Below, piece by piece: positions 21,226 through 34,454 of a stretch of 60,110 bases of DNA. This DNA comes from a virus (taxonomy: Duplodnaviria; Heunggongvirae; Uroviricota; Caudoviricetes). The notes under the pieces are model-generated. The model was not told where the DNA came from. It did not search any database and saw only the letters and a program-made list of their open reading frames with translations. Position 1 is the stretch's first letter; the number at the start of each line of letters is the position of its first letter. A program made the translations under genes and the position numbers. The stretch lies in IMG/VR virus record IMGVR_UViG_2541047874_000004, one strand, 5' to 3'.

Positions 21226-21402
21226 TGATGAATATTGAAAACTTAAAAACAAAAGCAGAAGCAGATATTTCTGAATATATAACAAAAAAAATTATTGAAC
21301 TTAAGAAAAAGACCGGGAAAGAAGTTACCAGTATTCAGTTTACCGCACGGGAAAAAATGACGGGTCTTGAAAGCTATGATGTCAAGATTAATTTAATCTG
21401 AT
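21226..21402 (+). CDS. gnsB: Gns-family protein (GnsB-like)
   Basis: Hand translation gives MMNIENLKTKAEADISEYITKKIIELKKKTGKEVTSIQFTAREKMTGLESYDVKINLI (58 aa; not in the ORF track). Confidence 0.7.
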
Positions 21403-21552
21403 GTATTCAATAATAAAATTTATCCATAAACCTCGTTTTTACGGGGTTTTGTTATATTTGAATGGTTCCGAATATCTAAATCACAATTGTTGATGGTTTT
21501 TATTAAACCAATGCAGTCCGGCTCAGGAGTGAGAGAAGCCGGACGTTATGGT

Positions 21553-21963
21553 TTAGAGTGGTAAGATCTGTGTAGTTTTCTGGATGCTTTCAGTAAATAG
21601 TAATGAATTATCAAAGGTATAGTAATATCTTTTTTGTTCGTGGATATTTGTAACCCACCGAAAAACTCCTGCTTTAGCAAGGTTTCTTCTGTATTCCTGA
21701 AATGTGATCTCTCTGGATTTCAGCTTATTAGAGGTCGTTTCTATAAGATGCCTATCCTTTGAAAATTTGACAGACACAATGTTTTTTAGGCCCTTTAATA
21801 ACACTGTATTATCATTTTTTAATACAATATGAACATTCTCTGTGGCTAAATAGTAAATGTAATGTGAGACATTGTGACGTTTTAGCTCAGAATAAAACCA
21901 TTGATAGTTTAAATCGTTTCGAACTTTATCAAATATTTGTTTAAAAATGACTACCTGATCCAT
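21553..21963 (-). CDS. ydfO: YdfO-like protein (DUF1398)
   Basis: 136 aa from the internal Met [30 protein letters not shown]... Confidence 0.65.
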
Positions 21964-22020
21964 AGATAAACCTTCCATGTGATATGAGGGGGCGTAGTCT
22001 GCACGATTATCTAAATTGCT

Positions 22021-22254
22021 TCAATCTGGTCTGACCTGTTTTCTGAGCAATTCAGTAATGTCACTCTTTTCTTTGTTTGCTTCAGAAGAAACTCTTTTTT
22101 CTGAGCACAGTCTCCGGCGGCAGGCTTCAATGACCCAGGCTGAGAAATTCCCGGACCCTTTTTGCTCAAGAGCGATGTTAATTTGTTCAATCATTTGGTT
22201 AGGAAAGCGGATGTTGCGGGTTGTTGTTCTGCGGGTTCTGTTCTTCGTTGACAT
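22021..22254 (-). CDS. Ribbon-helix-helix (Arc/MetJ-like) DNA-binding protein, hypothetical
   Basis: 77-aa ORF with RFPNQMIEQINIALEQKGSGNFSAWVIEACRRRL, which fits the RHH beta-strand/helix pattern. Confidence 0.4.
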   Translation of the reverse strand: MSTKNRTRRTTTRNIRFPNQMIEQINIALEQKGSGNFSAWVIEACRRRLCSEKRVSSEANKEKSDITELLRKQVRPD

Positions 22255-22419
22255 GAGGTTGCCCCGTATTCAGTGTCGCTGATTTGTATTGTCTGAAGTT
22301 GTTTTTACGTTAAGTTGATGCAGATCAATTAATACGATACCTGCGTCATAATTGATTATTTGACGTGGTTTGATGGCCTCCACGCACGTTGTGATATGTA
22401 GATGATAATCATTATCACT

Positions 22420-22640
22420 TTACGGGTCCTTTCCGGTGATCCGACAGGTTACGGGGCGGCGACCTCGCGGGTTTTCGCTATTTATGAAAATTTTCCGGTT
22501 TAAGGCATTTCCGTTCTTCTTCGTCGTAACTTAATGTTTTTATTTAAAATACCCCCTGAAAAGAAAGGAAACGACAGGTGCTGAAAACGAGCTTTTGGGC
22601 CTCTGTCGTTTCCTTTCTCTGTTTTTGTCCGTGGAATGAA
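22420..22640. promoter_or_regulatory. Helper prophage cos region (cosQ-cosN-cosB) with the lambda cohesive-end sequence
   Basis: ACGGGTCCTTTCCGGTGATCCGACAGGTTACG-GGGCGGCGACCT-CGCGGGTTTTCGCTATTTATGAAAATTTTCCGG matches recalled lambda cos; the 12-nt cohesive end lies at about 22454..22465, just upstream of the Nu1 gene. Confidence 0.8.
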
Positions 22641-22642
22641 CA

Positions 22643-23162
22643 ATGGAAGTCAACAAAAAGCAGCTGGCTGAAATTTTCGGTGCGAGTATCCGTACCATTC
22701 AGAACTGGCAGGAGCAGGGAATGCCCGTTCTGCGAGGCGGTGGCAAGGGTAATGAGGTGCTTTATGACTCTGCCGCCGTCATAAAATGGTATGCCGAAAG
22801 GGATGCTGAAATTGAGAACGAAAAGCTGCGCCGGGAGGTTGAAGAATTACGGCTGGCCAGCGAGGCAGATCTTCACCCCGGAACACTTGAATTTGAGCGC
22901 CATCGCCTGACTCGTGCTCAGGCGACGGCGCAGGAACTGAAAAATGCCAAAGAATCGGCTGAAGTGGTGGAAACCGCATTCTGTACTTTCGTGCTGTCGC
23001 GTATAGCAAGGGAAATATCCAGTATTCTCGACGGTATTCCTCTGTCGGTGCAGCGACGTTTTCCTGAGCTGGATAACCGGCATATTGATTTCCTGAAACG
23101 GGATATCATCAAAGCCATGAACAAAGCAGCCGCGCTGGATGAACTGATACCGGGGTTGCTGA

Positions 23163-23188
<26 letters not shown>
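22643..23188 (+). CDS. nohQ: Terminase small subunit (lambda Nu1-like)
   Basis: 181 aa MEVNKKQLAEIFGASIRTIQNWQEQGMPVLRGGGKGNEVLYDSAAVIKWY..., near-identical to recalled lambda Nu1. Confidence 0.9.
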
Positions 23189-26869
<3,681 letters not shown>

Positions 26870-26889
<20 letters not shown>

Positions 26890-28189
26890 TCTCCCGCATA
26901 TTGCCAGCATGGCCTTTAATGAGCCGCTGATGCTTGAACCCGCCTATGCGCGGGTTTTCTTTTGTGCGCTTGCAGGCCAGCTTGGGATCAGCCGCCTGAC
27001 AGATGCGGTGTCCGGTGACAGCCTGACTGCCCCGGAGGCACCCGCGACGCTGGCGTTATCCGGTGATGATGACGGACCACGACAGGCCCGCAGTTATCAG
27101 GTCATGAACGGCATCGCCGTGCTGCCGGTTTACGGCACGCTGGTCAGCCGGACGCGGGCGCTGCAGCCGTATTCGGGGATGACCGGTTACAACGGCATTA
27201 TCGCCCGTCTGCAACAGGCTGCCAGCGACCCGATGGTGGACGGCATTCTGCTCGATATGGACACGCCCGGCGGGATGGTGGCGGGGGCATTTGACTGCGC
27301 TGACATCATCGCCCGCGTGCGTGACATAAAACCTGTATGGGCGCTGGCCAACGACATGAACTGCAGTGCAGGTCAGCTGCTTGCCAGCGCCGCCTCCCGG
27401 CGTCTGGTCACGCAGACCGCCCGGACAGGCTCCATCGGCGTCATGATGGCTCACAGTAATTACGGTGCTGCGCTGGAGAAACAGGGCGTGGAAATCACGC
27501 TGATTTACAGCGGCAGCCATAAGGTGGATGGCAACCCCTACAGCCATCTTCCGGATGACGTCCGGGAGACACTGCAGTCCCGGATGGATGCAACCCGCCA
27601 GATGTTTGCGCAGAAGGTGTCGGCATATACCGGCCTGTCCGTGCAGACTGTGCTGGATACCGAGGCTGCAGTGTACAGCGGTCAGGAGGCCATTGATGCC
27701 GGACTGGCTGATGAACTTGTTAACAGCACCGATGCGATCACCGTCATGCGTGATGCACTGGATGCACGTAAATCCCGTCTCTCAGGAGGGCGAATGACCA
27801 AAGAGACTCAATCAACAACTGTTTCAGCCACTGCTTCGCAGGCTGACGTTACTGACGTGGTGCAAGCGACGGAGGGCGAAAACGCCAGCGCGGCGCAGCC
27901 GGACGTGAACGCGCAGATCACCGCAGCGGTTGCGGCAGAAAACAGCCGCATTATGGGGATCCTCAACTGTGAGGAGGCTCACGGACGCGAAGAACAGGCG
28001 CGCGTTCTGGCAGAAACCCCCGGAATGACCGTGGAAACGGCCCGCCGCATTCTGGCCGCAGCACCACAGAGTGCACAGGCGCGCAGTGACACTGCGCTGG
28101 ATCGTCTGATGCAGGGTGCACCGGCACCGCTGGCTGCAGGTAACCCGGCATCTGATGCCGTTAACGATTTGCTGAATACACCAGTGTAA
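26870..28189 (+). CDS. C: Minor capsid protein C / head protease (lambda gpC), GTG start
   Basis: 439 aa from GTG MTAELRNLPHIASMAFNEPL...; the ORF track shows an upstream extension from 26735. Confidence 0.85.
27794..28189 (+). CDS. Nu3: Scaffolding protein Nu3, nested in frame in the 3' end of C
   Basis: 131 aa from the internal ATG MTKETQSTTVSATASQ... to the C stop, as in lambda. Confidence 0.8.
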   Translation: MTKETQSTTVSATASQADVTDVVQATEGENASAAQPDVNAQITAAVAAENSRIMGILNCEEAHGREEQARVLAETPGMTVETARRILAAAPQSAQARSDTALDRLMQGAPAPLAAGNPASDAVNDLLNTPV

Positions 28190-28198
28190 GGGATGTTT

Positions 28199-28531
28199 AT
28201 GACGAGCAAAGAAACCTTTACCCATTACCAGCCGCTGGGCAACAGTGACCCGGCTCATACCGCAACCGCGCCCGGCGGATTGAGTGCGAAAGCGCCTGCA
28301 ATGACCCCGCTGATGCTGGACACCTCCACCCGTAAGCTGGTTGCGTGGGATGGCACCACCGACGGTGCTGCCGTTGGCATTCTTGCGGTTGCTGCTGACC
28401 AGACCAGCACCACGCTGACGTTCTACAAGTCCGGCACGTTCCGTTATGAGGATGTGCTCTGGCCGGAGGCTGCCAGCGATGAGACGAAAAAACGGACCGC
28501 GTTTGCCGGAACGGCAATCAGCATCGTTTAA
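28199..28531 (+). CDS. D: Head decoration protein D
   Basis: 110 aa [43 protein letters not shown]..., matches recalled lambda D. Confidence 0.9.
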   Translation: MTSKETFTHYQPLGNSDPAHTATAPGGLSAKAPAMTPLMLDTSTRKLVAWDGTTDGAAVGILAVAADQTSTTLTFYKSGTFRYEDVLWPEAASDETKKRTAFAGTAISIV

Positions 28532-28586
28532 CCTGACCCTTCATCACTAAAGGCCGCCTGTGCGGCTTTTTTTACGGGATTTTTTT

Positions 28587-28832
28587 ATGTCGATGTACAC
28601 AACCGCCCAGCTGCTGGCGGCAAATGAGCAGAAATTTAAGTTTGATCCGCTGTTTCTGCGTCTCTTTTTCCGTGAGAGCTATCCCTTCACCACGGAGAAA
28701 GTCTATCTCTCACAAATTCCGGGACTGGTAAACATGGCGCTGTACGTTTCGCCGATTGTTTCCGGTGAGGTTATCCGTTCCCGTGGCGGCTCCACCTCTG
28801 AATTTACGCCGGGATATGTCAAGCCGAAGCAC
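28587..28832 (+). pseudogene. E: Major capsid protein E, 5' fragment (first 82 codons) interrupted by the satellite insertion
   Basis: MSMYTTAQLLAANEQKFKFDPLFLRLFFRESYPFTTEKVYLSQIPGLVNMALYVSPIVSGEVIRSRGGSTSEFTPGYVKPKH matches lambda E up to KPKH, then diverges (LAWLSEAFV, stop at 28862). Confidence 0.9.
28822..28831. repeat. Left copy of the 10-bp direct repeat AGCCGAAGCA (putative attL core of the inserted satellite)
   Basis: Identical 10-mer at the other junction (39785..39794), both in the E reading frame. Confidence 0.7.
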
Positions 28833-28994
28833 TTAGCATGGCTTTCTGAGGCTTTCGTGTAGTTGCTGGTTTTTACACTTAATCTTTTGATAATAAAGAA
28901 TAAGTTTATCTGGCGCTTTCACTGAATTTTCCTCGTTATCTGTGTGTTGCAATCATCTCTGTATTGCAGCTTGTATTGCTTTTTGGGGCTAAAA

Positions 28995-30230
28995 ATGGCT
29001 GGCGAGAACAAACTGAGCGACAAAGCGCTTAAAGGATATCTGGGGAAACCCAGAGAAAAGCAGATCACCATTGCTGATGGAAAGGGGCTTTCTATTCGTG
29101 TGAGTACTAAAGGGGCTGTGAGCTTTGTTTTCTTCTACAGGTTAGCAGGTGGCCGGGCTGCTCCGGTCTGGCTAACGTTGGGTAAATATCCTGATATGTC
29201 ACTCAAACAGGCAAGGGAAAAGCGCGACGAGTGCCGTGGTTGGTTGGCTGACAAACGTGATCCGCGTATCCAGATTAAGATTCAGGCTGAAGAACGCTTA
29301 AAGCCGGTCACAGTGGAGGATGCACTAAATTACTGGTATGAAAATTACTGTAAGGTGCGTCGTAAAACTCATGCTGTAACGCTTGGCAGATTTCGAAAGC
29401 ATATCTTTCCCTATATCGGTCATTTGCCCGTAAATGACACTCACCTATATGAATGGCTGGACTGTTTTGACCGAATTAAACGTAATGCACCAGTTATGGC
29501 GGCGTATGTTTTTTCTGACACTAAATTAGCTCTTCGTTTTTGTCGGGTACGCCAGTACGCGACGTGTGATGCTTTAAAGGATTTGCGCATGAGTGATGTG
29601 GGGCAGATTGCAGGTAAGCGAGATCGGGTTCTGGATGAAGCCGAACTCGGCCAGCTCTGGAAGGCAATTTTTGTCGAGCCTGATTTAAAACTAATGTCTG
29701 AATACACGCGAAAAATGTTTGTGCTTTGTACAGTATTTGGATGTCGAATGAGTGAAGCCCGATTATCAGAATGGAGCGAATGGGATCTCGAAAGTTGGGT
29801 TTGGACTGTACCAAAAGATCACTCAAAAACTGGTGTTGAAATCGTCAGACCAGTACCTGAAATTCTACGACAGTGGGTAACGGATGTTCACGAAGAGACA
29901 AAACATACTGGTTATGTGCTGGGAAGTCTGCGAATTAGAGAAAGCGTAAGCAAGATTGGGGGGAAAATCGGTAAACGTTTGGGCCATGAAAAACAATGGT
30001 CACTACACGACCTTAGAAGAACGCTATCTACTCATCTAAGTGATCTCGGTGTTGAATTTTATGTAGTAGAACAACTGTTAGGCCATGCGCTACCTGGCGT
30101 GGCAGGTGTTTACAATCGGAGTAAGTTTATGGCTAAAAAACTGGATGCTCTGGAACTCTGGACTACATATCTCAATAGCATCGCAGGTGCTGATTCAAAA
30201 GTGACAATCCTCAAACAAAAGGCTGGTTAA
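28995..30230 (+). CDS. Satellite tyrosine integrase (P4-type)
   Basis: About 411 aa from MAGENKLSDKALKGY...; arm-binding-type N-terminus and C-terminal catalytic region (HDLRRTLSTHL...LLGHA...VYNRSKF). Confidence 0.85.
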   Translation: MAGENKLSDKALKGYLGKPREKQITIADGKGLSIRVSTKGAVSFVFFYRLAGGRAAPVWLTLGKYPDMSLKQAREKRDECRGWLADKRDPRIQIKIQAEERLKPVTVEDALNYWYENYCKVRRKTHAVTLGRFRKHIFPYIGHLPVNDTHLYEWLDCFDRIKRNAPVMAAYVFSDTKLALRFCRVRQYATCDALKDLRMSDVGQIAGKRDRVLDEAELGQLWKAIFVEPDLKLMSEYTRKMFVLCTVFGCRMSEARLSEWSEWDLESWVWTVPKDHSKTGVEIVRPVPEILRQWVTDVHEETKHTGYVLGSLRIRESVSKIGGKIGKRLGHEKQWSLHDLRRTLSTHLSDLGVEFYVVEQLLGHALPGVAGVYNRSKFMAKKLDALELWTTYLNSIAGADSKVTILKQKAG

Positions 30231-30231
30231 C

Positions 30232-30459
30232 ATGAAAAAAATGGCAATTGTTGATAAAAAGGGTCTGGAGTACATTCCTAACATTGATCGTATGATCCGT
30301 GAGAAAGAATGTCGGGAGCTAACCACTCTTGCGAACAGCACACGCTGGAAGCTGGAGAAGGAAGGAAAATTTCCTAAGCGGATCAAGATTGGCGCTACTG
30401 CGGTAGCTTACCGTCTCTCCGAAGTTCAGGCATGGATTAGGGGGGAATGGCGGACATAA
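30232..30459 (+). CDS. alpA: AlpA-family transcriptional regulator
   Basis: 75 aa with the AlpA-type HTH (ECRELTTLANSTRWKLEKEGKFPKRIKIGATAVAYRLSEVQAWI) directly after int, as in PICI/P4-like satellites. Confidence 0.75.
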   Translation: MKKMAIVDKKGLEYIPNIDRMIREKECRELTTLANSTRWKLEKEGKFPKRIKIGATAVAYRLSEVQAWIRGEWRT

Positions 30460-30495
30460 ATGTTGTAGTAAATTGTTATATAAAAGGGTGTAAGC

Positions 30496-31371
30496 ATGGC
30501 TACTCGAAAAAAAAATAGCGTAGAAATGAAAACTGTTTGTGAACTAATCATATCAAGAGATGATATGAAAGATAAAATTCAAGACAGAATTCAAAAAGGA
30601 TTATTACTCCTACAGAAAAGCATAAATAACAATAGTGACTTGGAGCTGTTTAATGCTGATTACAGGAAATGGAGTGATTTTAATGCTGAGCTACTGAAGC
30701 GTAGTTTCACAAATGATGATTTCAAAGAAGAATATGAAGGTGGGGCATTTGGTGTTATTTCATTGTACGAGACTTCCTTGGGAGAAAAAATCAGTGAGGC
30801 TACGCGTAAACTCCAGAGTAAGATAAGAAAACTAGAGTCGATTATGGAGCGACTGGAGTTAATTCCTATATCTTCCAAAGTTGTTGAAGAAAATATTGAA
30901 GTACCTCAGAGTTCAGCGGTAAAAACCAAAAAGGTATTCATTGTTCATGGAAGAGATGAAATATCAAAAACCAACTTAGAAGTGTTTTTAAGAGAAATTG
31001 GCTTAGAACCTATTGTTCTCCATAGGCAAGCTGATGTAGGTCAGACAGTGATTGAGAAATTTGAAGCAAATAGTGATGTTGGTTTCGCATTCATTCTTCT
31101 CACACCTGATGAGATCGCTTATTTATTGCCGCAAGACTCTTTACCTGATAATGAAAGAGAAAAGGAGTTACGTGCACGACCAAATGTAATGTTTGAATTT
31201 GGTTATTTCGTAGGGAAATTAGGTCGTTCTAAGGTTTGTTGTCTATACACAGGTGATGTAGTGATTCCAAGTGATTTGAATGGTCTTATTTATAAAAAAT
31301 TCAATTCTTCTATTGAAGAAGTAGCATATAGCATTATTAAAGACTTGCGAGCTACTGGTTACGCAGTTTAG
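30496..31371 (+). CDS. TIR-like nucleotide-binding domain protein (Cap12/PycTIR-type C-terminal domain) with coiled-coil N-terminal domain; candidate anti-phage effector
   Basis: C-terminal KKVFIVHGRDEISKTNLEVFLREIGLEPIVLHRQADVGQTVIEKFEANSDVGFAFILLTPDE...RARPNVMFEFGYFVGKLGRSKVCCLYTGDVVIPSDLNGLIY fits the recalled TIR-like family signature; no cyclase or partner gene adjacent. Confidence 0.65.
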   Translation: MATRKKNSVEMKTVCELIISRDDMKDKIQDRIQKGLLLLQKSINNNSDLELFNADYRKWSDFNAELLKRSFTNDDFKEEYEGGAFGVISLYETSLGEKISEATRKLQSKIRKLESIMERLELIPISSKVVEENIEVPQSSAVKTKKVFIVHGRDEISKTNLEVFLREIGLEPIVLHRQADVGQTVIEKFEANSDVGFAFILLTPDEIAYLLPQDSLPDNEREKELRARPNVMFEFGYFVGKLGRSKVCCLYTGDVVIPSDLNGLIYKKFNSSIEEVAYSIIKDLRATGYAV

Positions 31372-31400
31372 TAAATTCTTTGAACTAAAAATCTGCATAG

Positions 31401-31434
31401 ATATAGAGCCATTCGAGATAAATGGCTCTATATG
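31401..31434. terminator. Bidirectional terminator-like hairpin between convergent satellite genes
   Basis: ATATAGAGCCATT-CGAGATAA-ATGGCTCTATAT inverted repeat. Confidence 0.5.
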
Positions 31435-31446
31435 AAATATTATCTG

Positions 31447-31626
31447 TTAAATTTTGACTTCATATCCGCGTTGCTGTAGTTCTTTGCGAATAATCCTTTT
31501 AATCCAGGCTGCTAAAGATTCGTCTCCATCTACTTGCTGTGCTTGCTCCATCAACTCCCTCAACTCAGGATCTAACCGAAACTGGAACGGAGGATTACCA
31601 CGTCTTTGATTTTTGTGTGTTGACAC
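31447..31626 (-). CDS. Small ribbon-helix-helix-like regulator (tentative; GTG start)
   Basis: Hand translation of the minus strand: VSTHKNQRRGNPPFQFRLDPELRELMEQAQQVDGDESLAAWIKRIIRKELQQRGYEVKI; RHH-like pattern (FQFRLDPELRE...SLAAWIKRII); divergent from the operator-like inverted repeat. Confidence 0.35.
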   Translation of the reverse strand: MSTHKNQRRGNPPFQFRLDPELRELMEQAQQVDGDESLAAWIKRIIRKELQQRGYEVKI

Positions 31627-31680
31627 GTCAATTACACCCGATGTAATGTGTTAATGTGTGATGACACATTACATACGTGT
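31621..31680. promoter_or_regulatory. Operator-like inverted repeats in the satellite divergent promoter region
   Basis: ATGTAATGTG ... CACATTACAT inverted repeat between the tentative RHH gene and the rightward replication operon. Confidence 0.4.
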
Positions 31681-31756
31681 TTAGGAAAATGCAACGCCTC
31701 GACGTGCGGGAACACCATCGAGGCGTCTAACCAACCCGTTAAATGAGGTAACGATT

Positions 31757-32122
31757 ATGGCTGGAACACAGCATACCCAAACTCACCCTAAATTTATATA
31801 CACCTTTCTGGCACTACACCACGACCGCATGGCAGATGGAGCAACTACGGTACATGTAGCCGCTGACACGCTGGTTGATGCCCGCAAGATGGTTAAGGAG
31901 ATGGGCTATACTGCGGCTTTCTGGAAAGGGCGTGAAGAAAACACGCTGTTTATTCAGAAATGCGAAAACAATTTCATCTGGCGTTTTATCGCCCTGAGCA
32001 CCGCACAACCACGCGTAATACACATCGAGGCCGCCAGCGAACAGGAAGCCCGGCTGCAATCCCCAACTGGCTACGTGATGATATTCGCCGCCCGTATTCG
32101 TCAGGAGGTGTGCCATGAATGA
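31757..32122 (+). CDS. Hypothetical satellite protein
   Basis: 121-aa ORF with an upstream GAGGT ribosome-binding site; first gene of the rightward operon leading to the primase. Confidence 0.5.
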   Translation: MAGTQHTQTHPKFIYTFLALHHDRMADGATTVHVAADTLVDARKMVKEMGYTAAFWKGREENTLFIQKCENNFIWRFIALSTAQPRVIHIEAASEQEARLQSPTGYVMIFAARIRQEVCHE

Positions 32123-32339
32123 TCTTTATTTTAAAGTGCTGACACATGCTGAAAACGCGCTCGTTTGTGGCAAAAATATGCGAGAAATCTTATCAACCTG
32201 GCTTGATGGGACAACAAATGCGGAACACGATGAACGGGATGCTAATTTAGCTGGAGCGTTAATTACGTTACTTGATCCTGTCATCAAAGAGCTGGATGAA
32301 GCTATAAAAATACACGACCAGAGCTATACCGGAGAATAA
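32115..32339 (+). CDS. Hypothetical satellite protein
   Basis: 74-aa ORF, translationally coupled (ATGAATGA overlap). Confidence 0.45.
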   Translation: MNDLYFKVLTHAENALVCGKNMREILSTWLDGTTNAEHDERDANLAGALITLLDPVIKELDEAIKIHDQSYTGE

Positions 32340-32342
32340 AAA

Positions 32343-32630
32343 ATGAAAAATAAATTTTCTGGCTTTATTGCCAGCGGTCAAACTCATTCAAAAATCAGCC
32401 TTGGGGATATTTTCAAAGACAGCTATGGCTATCGGGTAAAGATTATTTCGGTTGATGATCGTCGTGTCTCTTATTTGCGTGATGGTTATGATTTTGAATG
32501 TGTTATGCCGCGTCAGCAGTTCGAAAGAGATTTCATTCTGGTAAAAAATTGCAAGACAGATAATCAGAGGCGTGCCGCAGGCTATATCCGTAAAATTCGG
32601 GCAATGTTAGTTGCCGGAGGTAACAAATGA
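32343..32630 (+). CDS. Hypothetical satellite protein
   Basis: 95-aa ORF, overlaps the primase start (ATGA). Confidence 0.45.
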   Translation: MKNKFSGFIASGQTHSKISLGDIFKDSYGYRVKIISVDDRRVSYLRDGYDFECVMPRQQFERDFILVKNCKTDNQRRAAGYIRKIRAMLVAGGNK

Positions 32631-34447
32631 AACGTGCTCCGAACTTAAAATACCAACCGCGCGACAAAATGACGGAAGTCATCATTTTTGCTGGCAGTGA
32701 TGCCTGGAGCCATGCAAAAGAATGGAATGAATGGGCAGGTAAGCATATTGCAGCAGATGATACACCACCAGTCATTCTGGGTACGGAACAACTGGAAAAC
32801 CTGGATGATATGCAAATTATCGATGAAGGCCGTCATTATGTGCGTGTTTATCGTGCCGGAAAGATTGCAGAGAAAAGTCTGACGAAGGTTGCGACATTAC
32901 TTGCTATTGCAGGCGTAAAGGAAGCACGTTGTTACCGTAGCTTTGTTGATCGAGAGCCTGAAGACTGGACTCCGCGCCTTGTCGGCCTAAAAGCTGAAGC
33001 GGAGCATGGGGAAAGTCTGGTGATTGAACTGCCAGTGAAGAAGGCAGAGCGCAAAAATGACGAGCGTGCTTCATCTTTGGCGTTGAATCAGATGGGGGCC
33101 AGCCAGCGCGGTGAAGTTCTCCTTGCACATTACGGCGGCGAACTGGCAATCAATGCCGACTCTGACACCGTTCATCATTACAACGGCGTTGTATGGGAGC
33201 CGGTTCAGGATAAAGAGTTACAGCGTGCTATGGCGCAGATTTTCATTGATGCGGAGATCAGCTATTCGCAGAACGCTATTAAATCGGCGGTAGATACCAT
33301 GAAGTTAAGTTTGCCTGTAATGGGGAATACAGCCCGTAACCTGATTGGATTCAGTAACGGGGTATTTGATACCAGAACTGGTAATTTTCGGGAGCATAAC
33401 AAAAACGACTGGTTGTTAATTGCCAGTGAATTACCTTTCAGTCCACCAGCAGAGGGGGAAACGCTGGCAACACATGCGCCGAATTTCTGGAAGTGGTTGC
33501 GCCGTTCGGTGGCTGAGAATGACCGCAAGGCAGATCGCGTACTGGCGGCATTATTCATGGTGCTGGCGAACCGGTACGACTGGCAGTTATTCATTGAGGT
33601 AACAGGGCCGGGGGGAAGTGGTAAAAGTGTGATGGCGGAGATTTGCACCATGCTGGCGGGTAAGGCTAATACAGTATCAGCAAGCATGAAGGCGCTGGAA
33701 GATGCAAGGGAACGTGCGTTAGTGGTTGGCTTTTCGCTGATTATCATGCCGGATATGACCCGCTACGCTGGTGATGGGGCAGGGATTAAGGCCATTACAG
33801 GCGGTGACAAGGTGGCAATTGACCCGAAACACAAAGCCCCCTATTCAACGCGTATTCCGGCAGTAGTGCTGGCGGTTAACAATAACGCCATGTCATTCAG
33901 TGACCGCAGCGGGGGGATCTCACGTCGTCGGGTGATATTCAATTTTTCGGAAGTTGTACCGGAGAACGAACGCGATTCGATGCTGGCGGAAAAAATAGAA
34001 GGTGAGCTGGCGGTAGTGATTCGCCATCTGCTTACACGGTTTGCTGATCAGGACGAAGCCAGACGCCTGTTATATGAGCAGCAGAAATCTGAAGAAGCAC
34101 TGGCGATAAAGCGAGAGGGGGATTCGCTGGTGGACTTCTGCGGCTATCTCATGGCATCGGTAATGTGTGATGGCCTGTTAGTGGGTAATGCTGAAATTGT
34201 GCCATTCAGCCCACGCAGGTATCTCTATCATGCCTATCTGGCTTATATGAGGGCACATGGGTTTGGTAAACCTGTAACACTGACGCGCTTCGGTAAAGAT
34301 ATGCCGGGGGCAATGGCGGAATATGGCAGGGAGTATATGAAACGGAAAACGAAGCACGGTTTGCGTTCAAACGTGACACTGACGGAGGAATCAGAAGACT
34401 GGATGCCATCATGTGTATCGGTCACTAATGACGATAGCAAAAATTAA
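32627..34447 (+). CDS. Primase/replicative helicase (P4 alpha-like, D5_N plus P-loop NTPase)
   Basis: 606 aa; Walker A GPGGSGKS, Walker B-like LIIMPDM; cognate TGTTCACC iterons immediately downstream. Confidence 0.8.
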   Translation: MKRAPNLKYQPRDKMTEVIIFAGSDAWSHAKEWNEWAGKHIAADDTPPVILGTEQLENLDDMQIIDEGRHYVRVYRAGKIAEKSLTKVATLLAIAGVKEARCYRSFVDREPEDWTPRLVGLKAEAEHGESLVIELPVKKAERKNDERASSLALNQMGASQRGEVLLAHYGGELAINADSDTVHHYNGVVWEPVQDKELQRAMAQIFIDAEISYSQNAIKSAVDTMKLSLPVMGNTARNLIGFSNGVFDTRTGNFREHNKNDWLLIASELPFSPPAEGETLATHAPNFWKWLRRSVAENDRKADRVLAALFMVLANRYDWQLFIEVTGPGGSGKSVMAEICTMLAGKANTVSASMKALEDARERALVVGFSLIIMPDMTRYAGDGAGIKAITGGDKVAIDPKHKAPYSTRIPAVVLAVNNNAMSFSDRSGGISRRRVIFNFSEVVPENERDSMLAEKIEGELAVVIRHLLTRFADQDEARRLLYEQQKSEEALAIKREGDSLVDFCGYLMASVMCDGLLVGNAEIVPFSPRRYLYHAYLAYMRAHGFGKPVTLTRFGKDMPGAMAEYGREYMKRKTKHGLRSNVTLTEESEDWMPSCVSVTNDDSKN

Positions 34448-34454
34448 ACTTATG

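Noticed and set aside
28560-28586. Upstream extension of the E ORF (MRLFLRDFF) and 26735..26869 extension of C
   Set aside because: Lambda E starts at MSMYTT and C at the GTG MTAELRN; the extensions are open frame without start-site support and overlap a hairpin or the B coding region.
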